Positions 1 to 9,032 of a stretch of 64,000 nt of DNA are shown one piece after another. This DNA is from a virus. Position 1 is the first letter of the stretch. Each line of letters begins with the position of its first letter. The stretch lies in the IMG/VR virus record IMGVR_UViG_3300029258_005088; one strand, given 5' to 3'. The notes beneath the pieces were generated by a model. That model saw only the letters and a list, made by a program, of their open reading frames with translations, did not search any database and had not been told where the DNA came from. The translations under genes and the position numbers were made by a program.

Positions 1-304
1 CCGTCTGTATCCTTCTGTGTTTTATTCCGTCGCCCAGGCTTACCGGGTATACTTCGTGGTGACCCTCCACTATTGTCCAAGAGCCCGTGGTCAGGCCTAT
101 CACGGAGTAACCGCTTGTACAGGGTACGCCAGTGAACAGCTTGAGTTTGTTGACGAGCTGTTCGTCTATGTCCGGTTCCTCGGGCTTGGGCTCGTCCCAC
201 TTCCCGTAGCTATCGTGGAGGTAGGTCTCGAGATCATCCGCATATAGAAAGAGCTGGGGGAAGTCTCCCGCCGTCTGCAGCTCTTCCAGTCTTACTCTAT
301 TCAC
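1..304 (-). CDS. hypothetical protein (3'-partial, runs off window)
   Basis: Manual translation from GTG at 304 (VNRVRLEELQTAGDFPQLFLYADDLETYLHDSYGKW...) stays open to the window edge; absent from ORF track. Confidence 0.5.
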   Translation of the reverse strand, partial: MNRVRLEELQTAGDFPQLFLYADDLETYLHDSYGKWDEPKPEEPDIDEQLVNKLKLFTGVPCTSGYSVIGLTTGSWTIVEGHHEVYPVSLGDGIKHRRIQT

Positions 305-349
305 GTGGTCGGTCTCTCCGTTTTGACTGTGTGACAAGACCCGTCGTCG

Positions 350-682
350 CTAAGTTTGAATCTTTGCATCGTCAGATCGATCTTCCTCTATTCGTTGATC
401 TATTAACTGCATCGCCAGGAAGTCGTAGGTCCACCTGATCGGGTAACCATGACACATCCTGGCGAATGCCGTTCGAAGACGCCTGCAGTCGATGTAACCT
501 CTCGCCGCGAAAGCGTCTCTATACCATTTGGGGTTCCGGGATACCGCCACACGGACCTGATGCATGCAGTGCATGGGCTCCGGGGCGGGGACGAGGACCA
601 CCTCAAGGCGTTGCTCGCACATCTCCTGCAGGAGAGTGTAGGCAACCGCCTGTTGATCGAAGGTAGGTTCCTCGTATTCCAT
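350..682 (-). CDS. hypothetical protein
   Basis: ORF coupled to upstream gene (shared base 682). Confidence 0.7.
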   Translation of the reverse strand: MEYEEPTFDQQAVAYTLLQEMCEQRLEVVLVPAPEPMHCMHQVRVAVSRNPKWYRDAFAARGYIDCRRLRTAFARMCHGYPIRWTYDFLAMQLIDQRIEEDRSDDAKIQT

Positions 683-1185
683 CAGCTTTCCAACAGACTG
701 ACGTGCCTGGCCTTCTTCCGCTTCTTCTTGATGGGCTCCTCGGTCTTCTCCACGACCTCGTGCTCCACCTCTATGGGACCGGTTCCGTACTGGGCCTCGA
801 ACTCCGCCGCTATCTTGTCGTATTCCGCCTTCATCTCGAGGAACGGGATGATCTTCTTGGAGAACGCCTGCTTGGCCGCGTCGAGCTTTTCGTACTTGCT
901 CGGAGGATACAGCTCGTCTTCACTGCCCTTGGGCCAGAAACGGCCGTTGTAGCTGTAGCGGCCGACGTAGTCCAGGCCCTTGCCCGATACCTCGAACACC
1001 ATACCGGTGACGGGTCCCCAGTTTCCTCCTCCGAGGTTGTGCTCGTCTCTGTACCATACAGCCGCTTCCCGGAACTCGTCCTCCCAGTCCTCGCCGTCAT
1101 AGGCATAGTTCAACGGATCCATCACGTCGGCGAACTGCCCATGATCGGGGTTGCCGTATGCCTTCAGGGTCATTATATGCCTCAT
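682..1185 (-). CDS. hypothetical phage protein
   Basis: ORF with GGAG RBS; YGNPDHGQ and GGGNW..YNGRFW segments resemble small phage proteins. Confidence 0.75.
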   Translation of the reverse strand: MRHIMTLKAYGNPDHGQFADVMDPLNYAYDGEDWEDEFREAAVWYRDEHNLGGGNWGPVTGMVFEVSGKGLDYVGRYSYNGRFWPKGSEDELYPPSKYEKLDAAKQAFSKKIIPFLEMKAEYDKIAAEFEAQYGTGPIEVEHEVVEKTEEPIKKKRKKARHVSLLES

Positions 1186-1186
1186 G

Positions 1187-1372
1187 CTACTCTCCTTCCA
1201 CCAGTTCGTATTCCTCGCCTTCCCACTCGATGAGATCGATGACGCTGTCGCTGTCCTTCACGCACAGGACGTCTCCGTTCTTTATGAGGCAGACCTTGTC
1301 TTTTAAGATCCTCACGATCTCGAGCGTGCCGGCGATGCCTTCGTATCTCTGTCCTTCTTCCAGCTTGGTCAT
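1187..1372 (-). CDS. hypothetical protein
   Basis: ORF with GGAGG RBS, tiles with neighbours. Confidence 0.7.
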   Translation of the reverse strand: MTKLEEGQRYEGIAGTLEIVRILKDKVCLIKNGDVLCVKDSDSVIDLIEWEGEEYELVEGE

Positions 1373-1381
1373 GATGACCTC

Positions 1382-1588
1382 CTACTGTGATTCGTATGCG
1401 TAGTCCACGAGCTCGTCGGTATCACCCGTAAGCTCCACTTCACCCACCACTTCCACTTCCTTGGCATCAGCCTGGAAATAGTCCTTCGGCGAGTGTCCCT
1501 CACTCTCCATGTCTTCTTTGTTGATGAGCACCGTCGAGATCCTTTCGTAAGGACTTCCGATCAATGCCCGTGCTATGACCATAATCAT
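1382..1588 (-). CDS. hypothetical protein
   Basis: Start re-called to ATG 1588 behind AGGAG RBS. Confidence 0.6.
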   Translation of the reverse strand: MIMVIARALIGSPYERISTVLINKEDMESEGHSPKDYFQADAKEVEVVGEVELTGDTDELVDYAYESQ

Positions 1589-1644
1589 TTTAACTCCTAA
1601 AATCAGGGGGGTAAGACGGACTTCGACTGGAAAATCATCCATGG

Positions 1645-1671
1645 AAAAAAGCAGGGCATCCCGCCCTGCTT
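1645..1671 (-). terminator. intrinsic terminator
   Basis: AAGCAGGGC-gggat-GCCCTGCTT followed by TTTT on minus strand. Confidence 0.7.
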
Positions 1672-1681
1672 TGGACAATAC

Positions 1682-1710
1682 ATCCTACGTCAAGTCCGCG
1701 TACAAGTCAA
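1682..1710 (-). promoter_or_regulatory. sigma70-like promoter candidate
   Basis: TTGACT-N17-TAGGAT on minus strand in an intergenic gap. Confidence 0.4.
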
Positions 1711-1727
1711 GTTTCGATGCGAAAACC

Positions 1728-1979
1728 CTAGCTCAGAGCCCTCGCCTCCTTGGAGATCAGAACCACTCTCGGAAGCTTCCACAGAGCGATGCCGACGTCT
1801 CCTCGGACGTCTCCTTCTCCACCGCACTCCCTGTTCAGACTGTCGAACTCCGGGGTCTTCATCACCTTGTCGTAGGCATCTCTCTTCGACATGCCCTCGG
1901 GAACGAAGAACGTCAGCGCGGTATCCAGCTTCATGTCATAGCTGTCGTAAATGCCTATCACACGGTCGTATCTATTCAC
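1728..1979 (-). CDS. hypothetical protein
   Basis: Start re-called to GTG 1979 (GTGA overlap with upstream stop). Confidence 0.65.
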   Translation of the reverse strand: MNRYDRVIGIYDSYDMKLDTALTFFVPEGMSKRDAYDKVMKTPEFDSLNRECGGEGDVRGDVGIALWKLPRVVLISKEARALS

Positions 1980-2197
1980 TTCTTTCTCCTGAATTTGAAC
2001 GCATCGCACAGTCCCAGAGGATGCGTGCCTATCCTGTGATAGTCGGCATCGCTGGGCTCTCCGTGTATTTCGCATGCGAAGAGGTATTCCGCGCTCTTGG
2101 GCTCCGCGAGGTCTTCGCAGAACATACAGTTGGCACAGCACTCGACGTGCTCTTGAACTCTGTAGCCTCTCGGCTGGTTTCCGCCGTTCTTAGCCAT
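1976..2197 (-). CDS. small Cys-rich protein (putative metal binding)
   Basis: CCANCMFC, CEIH, GLCDAF; coupled ORF. Confidence 0.65.
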   Translation of the reverse strand: MAKNGGNQPRGYRVQEHVECCANCMFCEDLAEPKSAEYLFACEIHGEPSDADYHRIGTHPLGLCDAFKFRRKK

Positions 2198-2703
2198 CAG
2201 ACGTCGATCCCGAGCTCTTCCTTGAACTTCTCACGGAGGAAATCCGTGACTGCATCCTCGAAGCCGTAGTAGGCCCACCACGGAACGCTGGTCCGGTTCA
2301 CGGCCTCTACGTCGACCACGAACTTGCCGAGGTCGTAGAGCAATGGCTGTATCGGGCAGGGATCCTCGTCATGCTCCCCGCACCTGTGCCAGGCACCTGT
2401 CTTGGCACGGACCTTGGTACGGACGTTATATTGCTTGACGCCGTCCAGAAGACTGATCCTGTCAAGCATGATGGTTCCGTCACACAACGGACACGCGCTC
2501 TTGTAGACGTCGCTCAGTCCCGTGCATCCCCATTTCACCTTGAGCTTGCGCTTGATGATCGGGGCCTCGATTACAGGACCTCCCTGCAGTGGGTGATCGG
2601 TCGACTGTTCCTTGAACTGGTGGGGCTGCCCGGATGGACAGCTTATCTTTCTCCGGCCACCGATCTCTACCGGCGGCCCGTCGGGAAACATACTTCCTCG
2701 CAT
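2197..2703 (-). CDS. hypothetical protein with Cys pairs
   Basis: CPLC and C..H.EDPC; coupled ORF. Confidence 0.7.
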   Translation of the reverse strand: MRGSMFPDGPPVEIGGRRKISCPSGQPHQFKEQSTDHPLQGGPVIEAPIIKRKLKVKWGCTGLSDVYKSACPLCDGTIMLDRISLLDGVKQYNVRTKVRAKTGAWHRCGEHDEDPCPIQPLLYDLGKFVVDVEAVNRTSVPWWAYYGFEDAVTDFLREKFKEELGIDV

Positions 2704-2704
2704 G

Positions 2705-3142
2705 CTACTCTCCTTTTAGCTTGTCTACGGGACTCTCACCGTGAATCACGAATGCAACGACGAGCTCGTCCATTTCCTGCAGGCCCATCATCTTACCATA
2801 GCTGTAGTAACCGATGTAGTTACCGCTCACCACCACTCGGAAGGTCTCGCCGTCCTTGGAGCTTATCGTCAGCTTGGGCGGGTACTGATCGTGGCCGTTG
2901 CCCGGGGGATGTCTCTTGACCTCACAGTACTCCGCAGGCCCCGTCCATACCTCGCAACTGACGCTGTACTCCCTCTCCGTCTTCTTCCTCGGGGAGGTCG
3001 GCAGGTCCTTGTAACGATCGAAGATCCATCTCGCATGTTCCAGCGCGGTCTTCCGGTCGCTCTCTTTCTTCTCTTCTTCGTACTTCTTCCTCAAATCCAC
3101 CATGTCCATAGTGGCTGCCAACGCTTCCGATACGTCGCTCAT
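2705..3142 (-). CDS. hypothetical protein
   Basis: ORF tiling with neighbours. Confidence 0.7.
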   Translation of the reverse strand: MSDVSEALAATMDMVDLRKKYEEEKKESDRKTALEHARWIFDRYKDLPTSPRKKTEREYSVSCEVWTGPAEYCEVKRHPPGNGHDQYPPKLTISSKDGETFRVVVSGNYIGYYSYGKMMGLQEMDELVVAFVIHGESPVDKLKGE

Positions 3143-3315
3143 GATTCCTCTCTTCGTTGTTTCTTCAGAAATTTCCTGTACTGCTTGCCGGTCATGCCGA
3201 GTGCCTTGCGCCGTCTACGATCGTCGTTGACGTCTGCCCTGCGGTATACCGTAGGACCTTTCCTGGAGCCGTACGGCACTCCCGCTCTTAGATATACGTT
3301 GTCGCCTTCGTGCAT
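3139..3315 (-). CDS. small basic hypothetical protein (58 aa)
   Basis: Manual translation MHEGDNVYLRAGVPYGSRKGPTVYRRADVNDDRRRRKALGMTGKQYRKFLKKQRREES; GGAGG RBS; ATGA overlap; below ORF-track cutoff. Confidence 0.65.
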   Translation of the reverse strand: MHEGDNVYLRAGVPYGSRKGPTVYRRADVNDDRRRRKALGMTGKQYRKFLKKQRREES

Positions 3316-3324
3316 ATAACCTCC

Positions 3325-3358
3325 AAGGGCCCCCGTAGGGGGGCCCTTTCTTTTCTTT
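3325..3358 (+). terminator. perfect 10-bp hairpin with T-tract on plus strand
   Basis: AAGGGCCCCC-gtag-GGGGGCCCTT followed by TCTTTTCTTT. Confidence 0.55.
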
Positions 3359-3371
3359 AGCTATGACTCGG

Positions 3372-5213
3372 CTACTTCCGGAACATATCCAGATTGGCCG
3401 TCTTCCTGGGTTTCTTCTTCGGACGCATCCGTATCGCCTCGGCGGCGGCCAGCTTGGCCTCGACCTTGGAGGTATCCACCTCTACATGCCTATGGCCCTT
3501 GGCCGCAAGAACCAGCTTGCTGAGATCCTCGAAGGCCTCTCCGGCAAGCTCGGCGCTGTCTTTCTTGTCCAGTAGCGAGTTCAGGTTCTTCGTCGTCTTG
3601 GCCATCTCAGCCTTTACGTCGTTCTCCAAGTTGGAGAATACGTCCTGGACGAACTTGTCGACCAAACAGTGCTGGTCGTGGAAACGCTCGTAGAACTCAG
3701 GATCGTGATTAGACGTCTCCTGGGAGTCTTCCTCGTGACATAGCTCGTGCAACATCAGTCGGCCGAGCTTCACCACGTCTCCGATCTTGGAGTAGCTGAG
3801 GTTCTTCAGGAAGTCCCGATTGATCGCTATGTACGATCTGCCGTCCGTCCATCCGTTTACGCCCTCGGCTATTCCGACCTTGAGCTTGCGCACGGTGTCC
3901 AGTCCCTGATCCGCCGCTTCCTTATAGGACAGCGGGGTGCCGAACCGCGAATACCGGGCATACCCCTGCGGGAACCTGCGAGCAAGCCTCAGCCACAACC
4001 GCTCCCGCGGACGCAAGTCCTTGTCGGGAACGATCTGGGTGTCGTTGAACAGCTTGTCGGTCAGCGTCTTCAGCAAGCGGACGTCTGGAGTCAACACGGG
4101 GCCGCCGGCAGTCTTCACCAGATCGCACAGCTCCTGTATGGAGTTGACCTCGAACCTCTCCAAGGTATCCTCGGAGAGGACGTAGGCAAGGCCTGTCGTC
4201 ATCACCCTGTCCGCCATGCGATCGCCTCGCTTGGCCAGGCTTATCGGTCCCTGCCTCATCTTGTTGACGAAGGACTGGAACGTGATGTGCTTGCCTCTGC
4301 AGTCCGTGATGATGCGCTGGTCCCTTACCTTCCGATAGACGTTCTCCTCTTCGGCCCATCCATGCAGACCCATGGCCAGACGGCGCCGTGCGGCATCGTC
4401 CAGAGGCTTCTTTCGGATAACGTCGGACGCACGCTTGTCGACTATCTTGCGGACCTTCTGCCAGACCTTGCAGGAACTCAGTATGTCGTTCCTCGCGAAG
4501 TTGACGTCCAGCTCCTTAGTCGACACCACGGTACCGCCCGTACCCCACTGCCAGCTGTCGTAGCCACGGACGAATACGCCCATGTTGTATACGTCCAGCG
4601 TGCCGGAGTCCTTGAACTTGACTAGGCAACTGTCGTCCTTGTGATCCCACTTGGCATGGGATCTGTCGACCGTGATGCGCTCCGGCTCGTCCGGGTGATG
4701 ATACCAGTAGACCGGTATCTCCAGATACTTCAGACCCCTGGTGACCTCGCGCTTCAGGTTCTGCAGGCCGAGACGGGTGAGGCGGTCGTACAAGGTAACG
4801 ACGATCTTGCAACCCTGGGCGTCCTTCTCCTTCTCCTCGAGCTTGTACTCCAGGCCCTTGGTCTTGACGTCGACGGTCATCGCCCACTTGCCGGTACGCC
4901 AGTGGTTGTGGCCATAGGAGAAGATCTGGCCACGGCCCATACGGAACTTGCCGTAATGGGCATCTCCCTCTTCGTGAGGCTGGCCAAAGACCTCGAAGAA
5001 CGTCTCCACCTCCTCCCGGCTGACGAAGCCCTTGCCGTTGTCCTCCATGATGACGGTGTCGTCATCCACGGAGATGTCGAACCTGGTGGCACCTGCGTCC
5101 ACAGCATTCATGGCACCCTCCATGATCGCCTTGGACAAGGTGCCGGCCTGCTTCTGGATTACGTCCAGAAGCAACTTAGGGTGCATGATGAATCTTCTAG
5201 TCTCTTGCTTCAT
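3372..5213 (-). CDS. GHKL (Hsp90/MORC-like) ATPase with C-terminal HExxH metallopeptidase-like motif
   Basis: N box EGAMNAVDA, G1 DNGKG, G2-like GKFRMGRG; C-terminal LHELCHE...NHDPEFY. Confidence 0.8.
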   Translation of the reverse strand: MKQETRRFIMHPKLLLDVIQKQAGTLSKAIMEGAMNAVDAGATRFDISVDDDTVIMEDNGKGFVSREEVETFFEVFGQPHEEGDAHYGKFRMGRGQIFSYGHNHWRTGKWAMTVDVKTKGLEYKLEEKEKDAQGCKIVVTLYDRLTRLGLQNLKREVTRGLKYLEIPVYWYHHPDEPERITVDRSHAKWDHKDDSCLVKFKDSGTLDVYNMGVFVRGYDSWQWGTGGTVVSTKELDVNFARNDILSSCKVWQKVRKIVDKRASDVIRKKPLDDAARRRLAMGLHGWAEEENVYRKVRDQRIITDCRGKHITFQSFVNKMRQGPISLAKRGDRMADRVMTTGLAYVLSEDTLERFEVNSIQELCDLVKTAGGPVLTPDVRLLKTLTDKLFNDTQIVPDKDLRPRERLWLRLARRFPQGYARYSRFGTPLSYKEAADQGLDTVRKLKVGIAEGVNGWTDGRSYIAINRDFLKNLSYSKIGDVVKLGRLMLHELCHEEDSQETSNHDPEFYERFHDQHCLVDKFVQDVFSNLENDVKAEMAKTTKNLNSLLDKKDSAELAGEAFEDLSKLVLAAKGHRHVEVDTSKVEAKLAAAEAIRMRPKKKPRKTANLDMFRK

Positions 5214-5770
5214 TAAGATTCTCCTTGCGTTGTGGGCGCCAGAGAGGCGGCCGCTTTTCTGTATGCCTCAGCTGCAACCTCCTCATCATCGAAAGTCCCA
5301 AGGTACCTGGTATCTCCAGAGACATGTATTTGAGCACACCACCTACCGGAAGGCTTCAGACACACTCCTGGGTATTTCGATGTTTGCTTAAGCCGCTTCA
5401 GCCCACTTACTACGTTCTCCCGCTGAGAGCATACCTTCAGCATCTTCCTGCGGTTGTCCAAACCATTGCCGTCGACATGATCAACGGTTTCTGAGGACTT
5501 TATGTCAGGAAATATGAGCCTGTGGATCTTGTGAGCACTTTCTCTATAATAGACACAGGCATAAGTGGTCCTAGCCCTTGAGTTTCTATGGCCATAGACC
5601 TTTCCTATGCCAAGAGATTTCAAGTACTCCCAGTCTTCCTTGTCTATGAGCATTACTGCATCTGGGTACTTCGGAGTGGATACGTCGACCTCCAAGTACC
5701 CGGCGTGCTCCTTTAAGATCTTGTTTGATCCCTTGGGCCTTCCTCCTTTATTCTGTCTGTTCTCTGCCAT
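5213..5770 (-). CDS. HNH endonuclease with AP2 DNA-binding domain (homing-endonuclease type)
   Basis: HKIHRLI...VDHVDGNGLDNRRKML, then SKYPGV...GRWCAQI...YLGTFDDEEVAAEAY; start re-called to ATG 5770 (GGAGG RBS); ~45% GC in sampled lines. Confidence 0.9.
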   Translation of the reverse strand: MAENRQNKGGRPKGSNKILKEHAGYLEVDVSTPKYPDAVMLIDKEDWEYLKSLGIGKVYGHRNSRARTTYACVYYRESAHKIHRLIFPDIKSSETVDHVDGNGLDNRRKMLKVCSQRENVVSGLKRLKQTSKYPGVCLKPSGRWCAQIHVSGDTRYLGTFDDEEVAAEAYRKAAASLAPTTQGES

Positions 5771-5778
5771 TGTTCCTC

Positions 5779-6243
5779 CTAGGTCTTTCTTCTCCACGTG
5801 CTATGCTTCTCGGCGCGGTCCGTACGACGGATGATGACGACTTCGTGCTCTGACTCGCGCTTGGCGGGCAGTGCCTCGAGCATCTCTCCGCCAACGACGA
5901 ATTCACCCCTCTCGGGGATGCGATAGTCGACGAACTCCCAGAAGTAATAACCCGCTTTGTTGTCGGCATCCTTCGGAAACCATATCACCCAGGGTATGTC
6001 CCACGACGTGCCGTCGTGATCTATCTGGATGGTCTCTCCGTGCGAGACGCCTTCGTTGGAGATCCCTCTCCTGGCCTCTCGCACGCCACGGTCATAGGAC
6101 TTCTTCCGTATCTCCGCCGCCTCGTCGACGATCTCTTGCGCCATGGAACTCACGTCCCTGGAGGAAGGATTGCCGACGATGGCTCGCTGGATGACGTCCT
6201 TGACCATCTTCTTGAAGGCTCTGGTCCAAGTCCTACCAGGCAT
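5779..6243 (-). CDS. hypothetical protein
   Basis: ORF tiling with neighbours. Confidence 0.65.
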   Translation of the reverse strand: MPGRTWTRAFKKMVKDVIQRAIVGNPSSRDVSSMAQEIVDEAAEIRKKSYDRGVREARRGISNEGVSHGETIQIDHDGTSWDIPWVIWFPKDADNKAGYYFWEFVDYRIPERGEFVVGGEMLEALPAKRESEHEVVIIRRTDRAEKHSTWRRKT

Positions 6244-6499
6244 GGAAACCCACCTCCTTCTTCGGGACGTGCTTATGAACGAACGCCATCATCTTGTCCG
6301 CCCAGTGGACGGTGCTGATGCTCTCGAGATGGTTCCACAGTCTGTTGTTGTTGGCATCGTCCTTGGTGAACGTGTCGGTCTGGCGAACCTTCCTGGTATA
6401 CCAGTCCATGCCGGTCACCACGATCGCTTCGCCTTTGATCTCGATTTTCCAGCGACCGTAGTAGCTGTACTCACCAATGTTAAAAGTCTTCTGGGGCAT
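6233..6499 (-). CDS. hypothetical protein
   Basis: Start re-called to MPQKTF behind GGAGG. Confidence 0.65.
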   Translation of the reverse strand: MPQKTFNIGEYSYYGRWKIEIKGEAIVVTGMDWYTRKVRQTDTFTKDDANNNRLWNHLESISTVHWADKMMAFVHKHVPKKEVGFHAW

Positions 6500-6773
6500 T
6501 GTCTTCCTCCAGTGCTTCGAATTCGAACGTGAACAGGTCTTCGTCATGCGTCGGGCAGTATGCCGCGTAGCCCTTGTCGGAGCAGGACTTCGTCGGGTAG
6601 ACGTACCCGCCGCATCGACTGCAGTGACCTATGGGTTTCGAGGTGGATAGGATCACGCGATCCTCTCCTGCCTGGTTGACGATATGGACGATGTCTTCGC
6701 CCTGCTCGGTGGTCACCCTCATCTGCGAGGGATACACCGCTATCAATTCTCTGAGCTTACCTATATCAAGCAT
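6480..6773 (-). CDS. hypothetical protein with zinc-ribbon-like CxxC...C..H
   Basis: CSRCGG...YCPTHDED; start re-called to MLDIGK. Confidence 0.65.
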   Translation of the reverse strand: MLDIGKLRELIAVYPSQMRVTTEQGEDIVHIVNQAGEDRVILSTSKPIGHCSRCGGYVYPTKSCSDKGYAAYCPTHDEDLFTFEFEALEEDNAPEDF

Positions 6774-7329
6774 CGCCGGCCTCGTCAAACTTCTCACGCC
6801 ACTCAGCGCCTGCCTTCTCCAACTCACCGGTACACACGTTCTTTGGAACGTCGCCGTGATCCTTTACCATATCCTCGAAGATTGCCAGTGCCTGCTTCTC
6901 GGACATCGCCAGTACCTCTTCTCGCTCGTCCTCTGCATCGGTCACCTTGACGTAACCCGCTGCATGACGCATGGGCCAGAGGATATTCCACAGAGTGGCA
7001 TCTATCACGTCCCAGTTGATGCCGATCGTGGCATCATGGTTCCTGTCCATGGTGTGAAGGACGTATCGTGCAGCCTCGTCGCTCATCTCGGGATACTTTC
7101 TGTGGAAATGTCCCTGGACGTCTTCTATGCACCATCCGCTCTCGATGCGATCATGAGGTTTCATGTTCGCGATGCTCTCCGCGGTATAGCCGGCATCATT
7201 GAGCTTGAACGCTACCTGCGCCGCCGTTTCGAACGTCCAGTCCTTACACGCCTGTTCGAAGGAGAGTGTCTTACCGTCCTTGGTGTACAGAACCGTGAGT
7301 ATGTTCTTGATCAGTTCCTGATCGGTCAT
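6766..7329 (-). CDS. hypothetical phage protein containing HDAxIGINW domain
   Basis: SDEAARYVLHTMDRNHDATIGINWDVI; coupled ORF. Confidence 0.7.
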   Translation of the reverse strand: MTDQELIKNILTVLYTKDGKTLSFEQACKDWTFETAAQVAFKLNDAGYTAESIANMKPHDRIESGWCIEDVQGHFHRKYPEMSDEAARYVLHTMDRNHDATIGINWDVIDATLWNILWPMRHAAGYVKVTDAEDEREEVLAMSEKQALAIFEDMVKDHGDVPKNVCTGELEKAGAEWREKFDEAGDA

Positions 7330-7826
7330 GCTTCTATCCTTGCGGGTTCGATGACTTCGACCGTGATGTCTCCGTCATTGCGTTCTTGTTCAGGGGGCGT
7401 CGAGAAGTAGGTGGCCGCGAGCTTGGCCTGATCCCACAGCTCCTTCACCCGCTGCCTGTACCATGACGACGCATGATTGTATGCATCCTGGGTGATGCGC
7501 CACGCCGTCGCGTTCTCGTCTTTGTGCTTCCAGTCGGCTATTCCGATGGCCATGACGATGAAGCCGCTGGGAGTTACCTCCGGACGGATCCAGCACTTGC
7601 GCAGCCTACCGTCAAGACGGCCCTGCCTTATGATCTCGACTACGAAGCTCATCGGTACGGCGTCGGAGCACACCCCGAATACCAGCCTGGTCTCTTCGCT
7701 ACAGCCTTTCTTGAAAAATTCCTTCTCCGGACGAAACGCCGGGAAGTACAACGTCAGGCCGAAGCCTTCGTTCTTCAGCCAGAACGGGGCATTGCCCTTG
7801 AAGTCCATTTCTGGTGCTACTCTCAT
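7326..7826 (-). CDS. hypothetical protein
   Basis: Start re-called to MRVAPE. Confidence 0.65.
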   Translation of the reverse strand: MRVAPEMDFKGNAPFWLKNEGFGLTLYFPAFRPEKEFFKKGCSEETRLVFGVCSDAVPMSFVVEIIRQGRLDGRLRKCWIRPEVTPSGFIVMAIGIADWKHKDENATAWRITQDAYNHASSWYRQRVKELWDQAKLAATYFSTPPEQERNDGDITVEVIEPARIEA

Positions 7827-7828
7827 AT

Positions 7829-8092
7829 CTAATCTTCCTTCTCTTCTGTTTTGTGCCAGAAAGGCTTGTTCACCATTACGCTCGTCAGCCACGACGCATC
7901 CAGGATGATCTCCTGATCGTTGCAGGCATCGACGAATTCGGACAAGGTATACGTCTTTATGGGGACGCCCTTGTAGTACTTCTCGAAATGTGCGTAAACG
8001 TCCTCTACCGTCTTGAAGACCCTCTGCTCCATATCCTCCAGGAACTGCCGGGTAACCGGCGTCACCGGAGCCATTACCATACATGTCGTCAT
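7829..8092 (-). CDS. hypothetical phage protein
   Basis: Start re-called (ATGA overlap); YTLSEFVDACNDQEI motif. Confidence 0.65.
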   Translation of the reverse strand: MTTCMVMAPVTPVTRQFLEDMEQRVFKTVEDVYAHFEKYYKGVPIKTYTLSEFVDACNDQEIILDASWLTSVMVNKPFWHKTEEKED

Positions 8093-8454
8093 TCTTCTTC
8101 CTCGATGGTTCCGAAGTTCCTGATGTGGTTCAGGAGTTCTTCCAGTTCCTCGTATGACGTCTCCAGAGGAGCGGAATCCCGTTCGCTGCAGAGGATCTCG
8201 ACGGTGTCCATTATGGACGTACACTCGATGCCTTCGACATCCTCCAACTGCGATACGAGCTTGCGCGTCTGCAGGTAGTGGTACATCAGATCTCTGACGA
8301 TGACGTGCTCCCGCTTCTGCTTGAACACTTTCTCCAGCTCGAAAGGATCCTGCTTCGCGCAGTCCCTCTCAGCCTGTTTGAGGCAAGAGGATTCCATCAT
8401 GTAACGGAACCCTCTGCCGTCCTCCGTTTTCTTGACGATTATGAATCTGTCCAT
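8089..8454 (-). CDS. hypothetical protein
   Basis: Start re-called to MDRFII. Confidence 0.65.
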   Translation of the reverse strand: MDRFIIVKKTEDGRGFRYMMESSCLKQAERDCAKQDPFELEKVFKQKREHVIVRDLMYHYLQTRKLVSQLEDVEGIECTSIMDTVEILCSERDSAPLETSYEELEELLNHIRNFGTIEEEE

Positions 8455-9032
8455 GGTTTGATCTTGTATCCTTTGTACTCGAACTCTCCTTCGTCGTTCT
8501 CGTCTGCCCATTTCTTCAGAGCGTCCTTCACGTCCTCGGGAATGTCTATGCACTCGTCCTGCCAGCCCCAGTCGAAGTAGTTGTCTCCCGGAGGGCCATC
8601 AAGATACCACCCGTCACCCCCGGGCTTCAGGTATGTCTCTATCCAGCCGTTCCAGTTGTACTTCTCCGACTTGCCTATAACGGAGTAGCCGATGAACTCT
8701 TCGTTCTCGGACTTGCACTCCAAGGCATCGTCCCAGGCCTTGTTGATCGCCTTGCGGATCTCGTCGAGGTCCTGGGTGTGGGGTATGAAGGTCTGGCCAT
8801 AGCCCTCTGTGTCGAAGTCATCCGATACGGAAGCCTCTATCCCGAGCATGCCTGACCCGCTGCAGGTTATTTTACCGGACGCTATCTCGTGCTTGCTGGC
8901 GTACCAGCCCGTGGTCCATTCGAACGACGGCCCCCGGGCGAGTGCCTTGACGATGTTCTCTTCGAGATCGCTGTACCAATCACCCAGACCCCGGTGGGAT
9001 CCGTCGCATCCGCTGTGCTTGACTACGTACAT
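8439..9032 (-). CDS. acidic hypothetical protein
   Basis: ORF with GGAG RBS, coupled. Confidence 0.7.
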   Translation of the reverse strand: MYVVKHSGCDGSHRGLGDWYSDLEENIVKALARGPSFEWTTGWYASKHEIASGKITCSGSGMLGIEASVSDDFDTEGYGQTFIPHTQDLDEIRKAINKAWDDALECKSENEEFIGYSVIGKSEKYNWNGWIETYLKPGGDGWYLDGPPGDNYFDWGWQDECIDIPEDVKDALKKWADENDEGEFEYKGYKIKPWTDS

